DNA of 64,000 bases from Candidatus Hydrothermarchaeales archaeon (GTDB lineage Archaea; Hydrothermarchaeota; Hydrothermarchaeia; Hydrothermarchaeales; JAZGAD01). Every line of letters begins with the position of its first letter. The stretch's first letter is position 1. Below are positions 28,274-37,133 of this stretch, in pieces. A program made the position numbers and the translations under genes. The notes under the pieces were generated by a model. That model was not told the DNA's origin. It made no database searches and saw only the letters and a list, made by a program, of their open reading frames with translations. Where the stretch lies: contig JAZGAD010000012.1 in NCBI GenBank assembly GCA_036444275.1, positions 36,464 to 100,463 on the forward strand. The letters are read 5' to 3'.

Positions 28274-29581
28274 TCAGGGCTCAAGCCTTTTCCTATCCCT
28301 TGGAAAGAGGACCGCTTCCCTGATATTAGGCAAGTCCAGAAGTTGCATCAGGAATCTCTCCATTCCCAGTCCAAAGCCACCGTGGGGGGGCATGCCGTAT
28401 TTGAAAGCTTCTAGGTAGGAGCCGAAATTCTCTGGGCTTAACCCCTTCTCCTTTATCATCCTCGCTAATAGCTCGGGTATATGAATCCTTTGGGAACCTG
28501 AGACCACCTCCCGCCCCTTGAACTCGAGATCAAAGGAATTTGAGTACTTAGCATCTTCGTCAGGCATTGTGTAGAAGGGCTTCACTTGTAGGGGATATTT
28601 AGTGACAAAATATAGTTCGTAGCCCTTTCGCATCATGGCTTCACCAAGTTTCTTCTCTGACTCTGTGGTAAGGTCTTCGCCGAACGATACCTTCAGTCCC
28701 TCCTCCTCCAGAATCTTTATGGCGTCGTCATACCTCAGTCTTGGGAAAGGCGTCTTTGGCTCGGGCACTTCCCTCTCAAGGTCTTTGAGCGGTTGTATGC
28801 ACCTATCTTTTATCCCTCTGATAATCGCTAGCACAAGAGCCTCTATGATATCCATTATATCGTTCTCGTCCTTGATGAAGGCCATCTCTGCGTCCAGAGC
28901 GGTGACCTCATTCAAGTGCCAGATAGTGTCGTGCTCCTCTGCCCTGAAATAGGTGGCAACTTCATATACCCTGTCCATGCCCGTAGCCATGAGCATCTGT
29001 TTATACAATTGAGGCGACTGTGCAAGGAAAGCTTCCCGCTCGAAGTAGGCAATTGGGAAGAGTTCGGTCCCGCCCTCCGAAGCGGTGGATATGATCCTTG
29101 GTGTGTGAACCTCTAGAAAGCCCTTGCTTCTGAGGTATTGTCGCCCCTCAGCCAAGGCTATATTTCTGATCCTGAATATGGCTCTAACCCGCTCCCTTCT
29201 TAGGTCCATGGTGCGGTGGTCCAGTCTGGTATCTAGATTAGCATCCACTCTACCAGTGGGATCGAGTGGGAGTGGTATGGCAGAGGGATTCAGGACCTCT
29301 ATCTTCTTCGGTATGATCTCATAGCCGCCTGGAGCCTTTTCCTCGGCCTTTACATCCCCTTCTACAGCAACCACACTCTCCTTTGCCAGTCCGCTGCTGC
29401 TCTCGAAGACCTCTTTGGGTACATACTTCTTGGGCAGCGTGATCTGGATGAGGCCCTCTCGGTCTCTCAGCAGCAGGAAGCGCAGTCCACCTAGATCGCG
29501 GACATCATGGACCCAGCCCGCAACCGTAATTGTGGTACCATCCATAGCTGCGTTGATCTCGCTGGAGTATTTCCTCTGCAT
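28274..29581 (-). CDS. aspS: Aspartyl-tRNA synthetase, probably non-discriminating archaeal type
   Basis: OB fold, LAQSPQLYKQ, FRAE, GMPPHGGFGLG.ER and FPRD motifs; His in GWVHD and Pro in KAPGG are the ND-type signatures. Confidence 0.95.
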   Translation of the reverse strand: MQRKYSSEINAAMDGTTITVAGWVHDVRDLGGLRFLLLRDREGLIQITLPKKYVPKEVFESSSGLAKESVVAVEGDVKAEEKAPGGYEIIPKKIEVLNPSAIPLPLDPTGRVDANLDTRLDHRTMDLRRERVRAIFRIRNIALAEGRQYLRSKGFLEVHTPRIISTASEGGTELFPIAYFEREAFLAQSPQLYKQMLMATGMDRVYEVATYFRAEEHDTIWHLNEVTALDAEMAFIKDENDIMDIIEALVLAIIRGIKDRCIQPLKDLEREVPEPKTPFPRLRYDDAIKILEEEGLKVSFGEDLTTESEKKLGEAMMRKGYELYFVTKYPLQVKPFYTMPDEDAKYSNSFDLEFKGREVVSGSQRIHIPELLARMIKEKGLSPENFGSYLEAFKYGMPPHGGFGLGMERFLMQLLDLPNIREAVLFPRDRKRLEP

Positions 29582-29593
29582 GTTACCACCTAA

Positions 29594-30859
29594 TTATTTT
29601 ATCCTCTTCTTAACGCTATCAGCGTGAGCTTGCAGACCTTCAGCTTCAGCCAGCTTTATAACGATCTTGCTCACCCTCTTAATTCCTTCTTCACTAGCCT
29701 CCTGGACAGGGATATGCTTCATGAAATCCCTTACACTAAGACCAGAGAATACCCGGGCATAGCCCATTGTAGGTAACACGTGATTCGTACCGGTTGCATA
29801 GTCGCCTAGAGCTACAGGTGTATATTCGCCTAGGAATACTGAGCCGGCATTCCTTATTCCTGCAAGGACTTCTCTCGGCTCTTTTACCATTATCTGGAGA
29901 TGCTCAGGTGCATATTCGTTAGCGAAGTCTGTAGCTTCCTCGAGACTCTGGGCTATTAGTACAGCGCCGTTCTTCTCCAGCGATTCTTTAGTTTTATCCT
30001 TTACGTGCTTCTCTAATTCCACGACCACTAGCTTTCCAATCTCTGGAGAGGTCGTCACCAGGATACTGGCAGCATTAGGGTCATGCTCCGCTTGAGCAAG
30101 CATATCAAGGGCGATATATTCCGGATTAGCGCCTTCATCGGCGATTATTAAGATCTCACTAGGGCCTGCTGGCATATCGACAGCTACTTCCCTGCTCCTG
30201 CTCAAGACTTCTTTCGCAGCTGTGACGTAGATGTTTCCAGGGCCAACTATCTTCTCAACTTTAGGTATGCTCTCAGTTCCGTAGACAAGGGCAGCTATGG
30301 CATGGGCTCCGCCTACCTTGTAGACTTCTTTTGCACCGGCTATCTCGCAAGCTACGAGCACCAGCTCGTTTGCCCTGCCATCCTTGTTAGGAGGGGTGAC
30401 ACATACAATCCTCTCAACCCCAGCCACCTTAGCTGGAGTTATGGTCATCAAAGCTGTAGAGGGATAGGCGGCTCTCCCGCCAGGGATGTAGCATCCCACA
30501 TTTCGTAGGGGGCGCTGTATCTCTTCCAACCTTATTCCATCCCTATCGTAGCTCCATTCCTCCACCAGCTGACGCTTATGAAAACCAAGGATATTCACAT
30601 GGGCTTCCCTAAGGGCTTCGACGACTTCTTCCTCTACCTTTTCTCGTGCCTCTGCGAATTCCTCTTCAGATACCCTGAAGTCCTCCAGCTTAACTTTGTC
30701 GAATTTCTCTGTGTAGCTGAGGATGGCTTCGTCTCCCTTGAGCTTTACGTCGCTAATTATCTGCTTGACACTAACTATGGCCTCTTCTAGGCTCCCGGTC
30801 CTCTGTAATAGCTTCCTGCGTTCTTTTTCATTTAGATCTTTTATATTTGAGAACAGCAT
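29594..30859 (-). CDS. hisD: Histidinol dehydrogenase
   Basis: YIPGG, GPGNIYV, DMPAGPSE, QAEHD, APEHL and GTNHVLPT motifs. Confidence 0.96.
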   Translation of the reverse strand: MLFSNIKDLNEKERRKLLQRTGSLEEAIVSVKQIISDVKLKGDEAILSYTEKFDKVKLEDFRVSEEEFAEAREKVEEEVVEALREAHVNILGFHKRQLVEEWSYDRDGIRLEEIQRPLRNVGCYIPGGRAAYPSTALMTITPAKVAGVERIVCVTPPNKDGRANELVLVACEIAGAKEVYKVGGAHAIAALVYGTESIPKVEKIVGPGNIYVTAAKEVLSRSREVAVDMPAGPSEILIIADEGANPEYIALDMLAQAEHDPNAASILVTTSPEIGKLVVVELEKHVKDKTKESLEKNGAVLIAQSLEEATDFANEYAPEHLQIMVKEPREVLAGIRNAGSVFLGEYTPVALGDYATGTNHVLPTMGYARVFSGLSVRDFMKHIPVQEASEEGIKRVSKIVIKLAEAEGLQAHADSVKKRIK

Positions 30860-30913
30860 CTTTTACCCTTTTCCGAGTTAAGGCATTTATATTTTAGTAT
30901 TTGGTCAGAGAGT

Positions 30914-31702
30914 CTAGAAACAGGGTTCACATTTCAAACCGCGTTCCCTGCACAGGCGCGTTACTTCTAATTTTACCTTGTTGTAATAATCCTCTGTTAG
31001 CACCTCGAATAGTGGTAATAACTCTGGACAGTGCTCTGCATAAAAGGCATTCATCTTCGGTCTCAGTCCAGGCTTCATCCGCATCTTGTCTACAAGCAGG
31101 GTTTTAACTCCTACTCTTGCAATGCTTTCAATCAAATTTTCCAGGTCATTCCCTTGATTCGTAATGTACGGCATTATAGGACCTAAAAAGACCCATGTAT
31201 CAATTCCTTCTTCTGTCAATTCCTCTAAGGCAGAAAGCCTCTCTTCTACAGGAGATGCTCTAGGCTCGTATTTCTTTCTGGCGGAATCATCTATAGTGGT
31301 TATAGTGAAACCCACTTCCTTCTGTGAGAACCTTTTAATGAGGTCTATATCCCTTAGTACGAGGGACGACTTAGTCTGTATGCAGATAGGAAAATCATGT
31401 TTCAGTAATTCCCCTAGGCACTTTCTCGTCAGCTCGTATCTCCTTTCTACAGGCTGGTATGCATCAGTTACTGTGGGGATTCCGACTACACCTCTTTTCT
31501 TCCTTCTTAGCTCTTTCTTCAGCACTTGAGAAATGTTGACCTTTACATCCACGAAGTTACCCCATTTCCTAGTTTCCCTGAGGATTGAAGGAGCGTAGCA
31601 GTAGATGCATGCGTGCTCGCATCCCCGATAGGGATTCAAGGCGTAGTCATAGAGCCCGGACGGAGAGAGGGCTGTCTTGCATCTAACTTCTTTTAGGATC
31701 AT
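30914..31702 (-). CDS. Radical SAM protein, spore-photoproduct-lyase-like family
   Basis: NPYRGCEHACIYCYA (CxxxCxxC), TDAYQP.E and TKS.LV.RD motifs; start trimmed to 31702. Confidence 0.88.
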   Translation of the reverse strand: MILKEVRCKTALSPSGLYDYALNPYRGCEHACIYCYAPSILRETRKWGNFVDVKVNISQVLKKELRRKKRGVVGIPTVTDAYQPVERRYELTRKCLGELLKHDFPICIQTKSSLVLRDIDLIKRFSQKEVGFTITTIDDSARKKYEPRASPVEERLSALEELTEEGIDTWVFLGPIMPYITNQGNDLENLIESIARVGVKTLLVDKMRMKPGLRPKMNAFYAEHCPELLPLFEVLTEDYYNKVKLEVTRLCRERGLKCEPCF

Positions 31703-31808
31703 AGAACTCCACCAGATGAGGAAGAGCAATAGTATAGATAGCGTTAACTACTGTTAAGAGGTTGTTTAAATATTTTAGAAAACAGGGGGGGGGCGTCAAA
31801 AAACTCTT

Positions 31809-32069
31809 TTACCTGTAGGCCCTCGGCCTCCTGTCAATAACAGATACCAGCACTTCGCCATCATCCCAGAACACGTGATAGAGTATGCGGAAGCTGCCGA
31901 CACGCACCCTGTATGTCTTCTCCTGACGGCCTTCCACCAGCCTTGCGCCCTTGCATAAGGGAGTCTCGGACAGCTCGTCCAGCTTCCTTATAATCCTCAC
32001 CCTATCAGGCTTCGCTAGTCTCTTAAGAAACTTCTTAGGCTGGGAGGCCAGTTCCACCCTGTATGCCAA
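31809..32069 (-). CDS. RelE/ParE-family toxin
   Basis: TTG start after an AGGAGG RBS; Y.VEL...KKFLKRL, YRVRVGSFRILY and IDRRPRAY motifs. Confidence 0.88.
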   Translation of the reverse strand: MAYRVELASQPKKFLKRLAKPDRVRIIRKLDELSETPLCKGARLVEGRQEKTYRVRVGSFRILYHVFWDDGEVLVSVIDRRPRAYR

Positions 32070-32088
32070 AGAAAAACCCCTCCTATGT

Positions 32089-32289
32089 TTACTGCTTGGA
32101 GCCCAGCTCCTTCTTAAGCTCGTTGAGGCTGACGGTCTTGCCTTTTCGTCGCTCGTCAAGAGCCTTCTCCACCAACAACTCCTCCTCGGGAGTGAGGAAA
32201 CGGTCCACAATCTCCTCCCGCACGGCCTCCACAGCGCCCCGCAAGGCCTTCAGCTCATCATAAACCCGCTCGATAGTCACGCTGCCCAT
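32089..32289 (-). CDS. Antitoxin (archaeal RelB-like)
   Basis: 66 aa with LTPEEE and GKTVSLNELKKELG tail; directly upstream of relE. Confidence 0.8.
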   Translation of the reverse strand: MGSVTIERVYDELKALRGAVEAVREEIVDRFLTPEEELLVEKALDERRKGKTVSLNELKKELGSKQ

Positions 32290-32329
32290 ACTGATAATTA
32301 TTACATCCCAATATTTATAACTTGGCTCA

Positions 32330-32367
32330 CGGCTAAAACCCCTTGTTTTAACGAGGAGATACAGCCG
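32330..32367. mobile_element. IS200/IS605-like terminal hairpin
   Basis: CGGCT..CCTTGTT-TT-AACGAGG..AGCCG imperfect palindrome resembling IS605 subterminal hairpins. Confidence 0.45.
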
Positions 32368-32460
32368 CCATGCCGGGATCGATTACTTTTCACGCGCTCT
32401 CCTGCAAGGCATAAATAATCTGCGGAATATCTTTTTTTTGTCAATCTGCAGGCAAAAGAG

Positions 32461-32621
32461 GTCGTGGCGCAAGCTCCGCTCTCAAGCCCTGTGCCACATA
32501 AAGCCGACAGGGAGTTGGAGCGGGACGCAGTAGGGCAGGGACTGCCCGAATTAACGCCTGTGGAGACGCCGCAGGTCGTCGCAGAAGCAGGAAACCATCT
32601 CTTTAGTGGGTGGTAGTTCAC
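32461..32621 (+). mobile_element. Non-autonomous IS200/IS605 remnant carrying a TnpB omegaRNA-like right end
   Basis: GTAGGGCAGGGACTGCCCGAATTAACGCCTGTGGAGA...GAAGCAGGAAACCATCTCTTTAGTGGGTGGTAGTTCAC matches the recalled tnpB 3'-end/right-end pattern; no tnpA or tnpB ORF. Confidence 0.75.
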
Positions 32622-32710
32622 AAGCCATCCTATCCATACCCATTCTATATAAAGCGCAAAACCCTCACAGCATATAGCTTACAAAAGCAAGTGTGGGGGG
32701 AATGTTGATT

Positions 32711-33952
32711 TTAAAAATCCTCCAGTCTCCTCTGATATAATGCATCCTTGAGTACACGGCTGTTCAACATCCAGCGCTCCATTGGTATGTCGAGCCTTGT
32801 GGTTACATACTCCAGGGCTTTTCCCATGGTATCGAATTTTCTAGGTTCATTCTTTAAGGCATTCCTCACGTTCTCCCTCACGTTCCAAACACCCACCGGC
32901 ATTATATACCCTGGATGTGCTTCTCTCAAGATGACTACGCTTGCCTGTTTCTTCTGTCTATTGAGATATTCCGATACAGCCAGTCTAGCGGCGTAATAAC
33001 AACCCCCAATCTCGGCATATGTACTCTTCCCACCATGGCCTTCTACGCTGGAATACATCACTATCCTCCTACCCCTCGGATTCCACACTGTGTTTGGGTA
33101 CCATGCTTCTATTAACTCATAGCTCCAGCCGGAGGGAATCATTAGCACAATGAAGCGGTTGTCTAATCTCCAGGATTCATAGACCCTGAACTCGTCTATA
33201 GTCGGGCAACTCCTGACTTCCTCTACGAGGTTCTTCGATATGATATCGTCTACGGCAGTGATGCTCCATCTCGTTGGCACGAACCTACGGCCCTTCTTCA
33301 ATCCAAAGGCTCCGACGCTGAAGCCCCTCTGGATCTTCGATACCAGCACATCGTCCTCGTATAGCTCCATAACTGCATCTACGGCGTTTAGATCAGTGTC
33401 ATCATAGGCCTTGTCTATCCTGGCATCGATCCGCATTGTGCCTAAGTTCAAATTCTCAATTGGTGCAGAAGGACCGAAAGGCTGAACCTCGTCGTCTAGG
33501 GTTAGTCTTCCAGCCGGTTTTTTAGAGAACTCCATGTCTGCTTCAGCTGGCGATGCGCAGAGGGCTAGCTCCCTAGTGAGATCCACGATCCTCCCGCCTT
33601 TTTCAACATTCTCGACGTCGACGCGGTACTTACCCCTAACTAGCTGGCTCCTAAAGGAAACGATGTCATCGATGCTCTCAGCCGACCATAGCTCAGGAGT
33701 ATCCATTAGAGAAGTATCACCATGGATCGGAGGCACTAGTGGGCCAACATAGACCTTAGGATAACCAATTCTGCCGACAAAGACGCTGGGTGGAGAGCTG
33801 CCGTCTAGATGCAGGGAATCCAGCAAGGGTCTCGTAGAGTTTTGATGATAATACCTGACCAATACGGGGCACCTAGCTTTTCCGCAGAGCATCTTGGCGC
33901 CCCTGCAGAGGACACATCTCGAAGCGCCCCTTGAGTCAGAGAAAAGATCCAT
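32711..33952 (-). CDS. nreA: Nre-family DNA repair protein
   Basis: N-terminal CxxC...CG...CP zinc site, GSSPPSVFVGR.GYP, PTRWSITAVDD, C-terminal PIP box QRRLEDF. Confidence 0.92.
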   Translation of the reverse strand: MDLFSDSRGASRCVLCRGAKMLCGKARCPVLVRYYHQNSTRPLLDSLHLDGSSPPSVFVGRIGYPKVYVGPLVPPIHGDTSLMDTPELWSAESIDDIVSFRSQLVRGKYRVDVENVEKGGRIVDLTRELALCASPAEADMEFSKKPAGRLTLDDEVQPFGPSAPIENLNLGTMRIDARIDKAYDDTDLNAVDAVMELYEDDVLVSKIQRGFSVGAFGLKKGRRFVPTRWSITAVDDIISKNLVEEVRSCPTIDEFRVYESWRLDNRFIVLMIPSGWSYELIEAWYPNTVWNPRGRRIVMYSSVEGHGGKSTYAEIGGCYYAARLAVSEYLNRQKKQASVVILREAHPGYIMPVGVWNVRENVRNALKNEPRKFDTMGKALEYVTTRLDIPMERWMLNSRVLKDALYQRRLEDF

Positions 33953-34148
33953 ATTCTGCTTTTATCTAGTGAGTATTAATAAACTGCGAGAGCAGTTGAA
34001 AAAGTGTAAATTAGTTTTCTTGCTAGCACCGGCTAAACAATTGCAAGCCATAACAGTGAGTAAGGGTTAAGGAAGAATTAAGAGATGATTCACCCAATTT
34101 CGCAGTGATATAGTTGATGCAACCTGCTTCCCGAGTTTGAGTTTGACA

Positions 34149-35363
34149 TTAAGAGCATAATATCTCCTTTATACTGGAACGAATTTCTCTTTTGCTACTA
34201 TATTCCATTAAACCTTGCCAGCGTTTTTGCAATCGGCAAAGATTCTGAAAAGGATCGAACTCTGGCACTGCATCAGTTTCGGCGAGGATAATATTATTTA
34301 GCGCCTCTTCATTGCCTTCTCTGTCGCCATTTGATAAATACTCAATGGCAAGCATTTCACAAGATCTGCGTATCTTCTCATCTAAGTCATCTTTCAGAAA
34401 ACAGCCTGGATACGGGTCGAAATCCTCTGGATAAATCTTCGTCATCCCCTCCTCTTTTTTCTGCTTTGCAATTTTCGCCCGTTCAAACAGGAAACGATAA
34501 ATGTCTTCTCGCAATCGTCGCCATGTGGGATGCACCTTTGGTGGCGGAAGATGCTTGATATCTAGTTGGTTATCCGAGAAGAAATTAAATCCGAACATCT
34601 TCGCATTTATCAAAAAGTCTATATCCTCCCCTCTTGGAACAGAGGGGTCAAAAGGCACGACCGTGAATAAACTGCGATGAACAACCATGTTACCACCAAA
34701 CACAAAAGGCGTCTCCTTCAACCTCGGTTCAGTTCCAATGATTTTATCAAATGCTTCGTTCATCCTCTCATATTGGTCCCAATGTTCCATCCAGGGGTGA
34801 AATGTTTTTTTAATGCGATAACCGCCATCCGGTTGGAGATAATATCCTGCTACTGCGTTGACCGTTTTGCCTCCGGTGCTTTTACCTATAAATTCTTTGG
34901 CTTTCGACATGAATCTCAGGTCTTCAAACACCTCATCTTCATCAATAAGTATCGCCACTTCCGAATCCAGGACATGCGGAATGAACATGCATAGATTTCT
35001 AACATTAGAATATCCACGTAGTTGAAGAAGGTCAACATACTCTTTGCCTTCATTGCGCAATAGATTGTGTACCTGCTCAAGATAAGAGCGTCCAAATAGC
35101 AGCACTTCCACCTTAGTAGCGGTTGATTTTATGATGCGGGCAACTTTCTCTTCAGCTCGCTTTTCAATATCTTCAGCAGTGGCTACTACAAGTATCACCA
35201 ATTGAAAATCCTTATCCTCTAATTTGTCCGTGCTCTGTATCGCTCTAGGCAACGTGCCTTCTTCATCTAACGGGGTGGGATGGTCATAGACGGCATCTCC
35301 TTCTTTCCAACCAACCTCACTATTTCTTGCCCAATACGATGGAATTACCATTGTAACTTTCAT
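34149..35363 (-). CDS. Uncharacterised GT-A-fold glycosyltransferase
   Basis: VIPSYW, YSNVRN, IDEDE (DxD), FGGNMV and RGEDID motifs; start trimmed to 35363. Confidence 0.7.
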   Translation of the reverse strand: MKVTMVIPSYWARNSEVGWKEGDAVYDHPTPLDEEGTLPRAIQSTDKLEDKDFQLVILVVATAEDIEKRAEEKVARIIKSTATKVEVLLFGRSYLEQVHNLLRNEGKEYVDLLQLRGYSNVRNLCMFIPHVLDSEVAILIDEDEVFEDLRFMSKAKEFIGKSTGGKTVNAVAGYYLQPDGGYRIKKTFHPWMEHWDQYERMNEAFDKIIGTEPRLKETPFVFGGNMVVHRSLFTVVPFDPSVPRGEDIDFLINAKMFGFNFFSDNQLDIKHLPPPKVHPTWRRLREDIYRFLFERAKIAKQKKEEGMTKIYPEDFDPYPGCFLKDDLDEKIRRSCEMLAIEYLSNGDREGNEEALNNIILAETDAVPEFDPFQNLCRLQKRWQGLMEYSSKREIRSSIKEILCS

Positions 35364-35486
35364 GTCGTAACTTCCTTTTTTCAAAGGTATAAGGTGAAAT
35401 TGTGTATAACGGTATCGGTGTATGCAAAGTTGCGCCGAAGGCACAATTTGGGTGAGCGTAAGAAAGTGCCCAAATTTAAATAGTAA

Positions 35487-35561
35487 TGGGGCCGCTGAGA
35501 TTCGAACTCAGGTCCATGGCTCCCAAAGCCACGAGGATAGACCATGCTACCCTACGGCCCC
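35487..35561 (-). tRNA. tRNA-Pro (TGG)
   Basis: GGGGCCG/CGGCCCC acceptor stem; GTGGC-TTTGGGA-GCCAT anticodon arm; TTCGAAT T-loop. Confidence 0.95.
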
Positions 35562-35932
35562 TCTTTCTCATCGTCTGTCGATACTCTTATTATTGTTTTA
35601 ACGTTTCCCCTGGGGTTGAAGTCTCCTAGGACCTCGAGGTAGCGTGGTTTAAGGAGTTTCTTCAGGTCTTCATATATACTGTTGGCCGCTGCCTCGTGCA
35701 TGAGATACTTGTCCCTATAGCTGTTCAGGTAGAGCTTCAAGGATTGTAGCTCCACTATATGCTTGTCGGGTATATAGTTTATTTTTATCGTGGCGAAGTC
35801 GGGGTAGCCCGAGCGCGGGCAGAGGCAGGTGAATTCAGGGAAAGCTATCTCTATATGATAGTCCCTTTCCGGGGTGGGGTTTTCCCATACTTCGAGCTTC
35901 GCCTCCTTTATCGCCTTTTCCCCATACTTCAT
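35552..35932 (-). CDS. queF: 7-cyano-7-deazaguanine reductase (preQ1 synthase), single-domain
   Basis: PEFTCLCP (catalytic Cys), PDFA, QueF motif [10 protein letters not shown] and FNPRG. Confidence 0.9.
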   Translation of the reverse strand: MKYGEKAIKEAKLEVWENPTPERDYHIEIAFPEFTCLCPRSGYPDFATIKINYIPDKHIVELQSLKLYLNSYRDKYLMHEAAANSIYEDLKKLLKPRYLEVLGDFNPRGNVKTIIRVSTDDEKEGP

Positions 35933-36125
35933 GGTTTATCATTGTTCACTGGCCTAAAAAGATTTTCTTCCCTGGCGTAAAACCAGAGGATTGCTACTGC
36001 CCCATCTTAGCAAGCATTACAACTACCGCGACTATTTCCCCGTCCACCAAGAAATACAGGGCGTACTCCACCAAGTCCCTACCTCCTGCGTAATTCTTAT
36101 TATGCTTTCGGATGTTTACTCAAAT

Positions 36126-37133
36126 ATGCTTGAGGACTTCGACTATCACCTACCAAAAGAGCGCATCGCTCAAAAACCCTTGACGAAGAGGAGTTCATCT
36201 AGGCTAATGGTTTTAACAGGGAGAGGAATAGAGCATAAAAAATTCTATGACTTACTGGATTATCTTGATGCCAGCGATGTCCTCGCGATAAATGACACGA
36301 AGGTAATCCCAGCCCGCCTTAGGGGTAGAAAAGCTAGTGGAGGTAAGGTCGAGGCATTGCTGCTCAAAAAGCATGATTCCTCGTGGGAGTGTCTAGTCAA
36401 AGGTAAGAATATACAAGAGGGCATGGAACTCGTGTTCAAAGAGATAAAAGCAAAGGTACTGCAAAAAAAAGGAGGGAGATACATACTCGAATTTCAAGAC
36501 AACCTAGAGGATATTCTGGAGAGTATCGGAGAGATCCCTACTCCACCCTATATCAAGGAGAAGCTTGTAGATGGAGAGCGTTATCAAACCATCTATGCTG
36601 AACGGCCTGGCTCTATAGCTGCACCAACAGCAGGCCTTCACTTTACCTCAAAACTCCTTAGGGAACTAGAACGGAGGGGGATTAACATAGCTAGGATAAC
36701 CCTGCATATTGGTTTTGGAACATTTGCACCTGTCAGGGTTCAAGAGCTCTCAAGGCATAGAATGGAGCCTGAATACTTTGAGGTGACTGAAGAAAGCGCG
36801 AGCACTATTAATCACGCCAGGGAAGAAGGCAAATTAATAATCGTCGGTACCTCCACACTAAAGGCCCTAGAAAGCGCCTCCGACAGGCAGGGTAATGTCC
36901 AGCCAACTACAGGCTGGTCTGACCTATTTATCCATCCACCATACGAATTTCGGGTTCCCTCAAGTGGCTTGCTAACCAACTTCCATCTTCCTAAGTCTAC
37001 GCTTCTTATGCTGGTATGCGCCTATGCCGGTAGAGAAAGGATTCTAGAAGCCTATGGCAAGGCCGTAGAAAAAGGATACAAGTTCTACAGCTTCGGAGAC
37101 GCCATGTTGATCATGAGGCATAGCCATGTATGA
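36126..37133 (+). CDS. queA: S-adenosylmethionine:tRNA ribosyltransferase-isomerase
   Basis: DFDYHLP..IAQ.P, NDTKVIPAR, PPYI, RYQTIYA, AAPTAGLHF, TNFHLPKSTL and FYSFGDAM motifs; start trimmed to 36126. Confidence 0.95.
   Translation: MLEDFDYHLPKERIAQKPLTKRSSSRLMVLTGRGIEHKKFYDLLDYLDASDVLAINDTKVIPARLRGRKASGGKVEALLLKKHDSSWECLVKGKNIQEGMELVFKEIKAKVLQKKGGRYILEFQDNLEDILESIGEIPTPPYIKEKLVDGERYQTIYAERPGSIAAPTAGLHFTSKLLRELERRGINIARITLHIGFGTFAPVRVQELSRHRMEPEYFEVTEESASTINHAREEGKLIIVGTSTLKALESASDRQGNVQPTTGWSDLFIHPPYEFRVPSSGLLTNFHLPKSTLLMLVCAYAGRERILEAYGKAVEKGYKFYSFGDAMLIMRHSHV

Noticed and set aside
31809-32210. 133-aa version of RelE from the ORF track
   Set aside because: It overlaps the antitoxin; a TTG at 32069 with an AGGAGG RBS gives a normal 86-aa RelE.
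32301-32621. 106-aa minus-strand ORF over the IS605 remnant
   Set aside because: Antisense to the omegaRNA-like element, with no TnpA or TnpB motifs.
35552-35932. QueF-like (archaeosine amidinotransferase) interpretation
   Set aside because: It keeps the NADPH-associated QueF motif and clusters with queA and a bacterial-type tgt.
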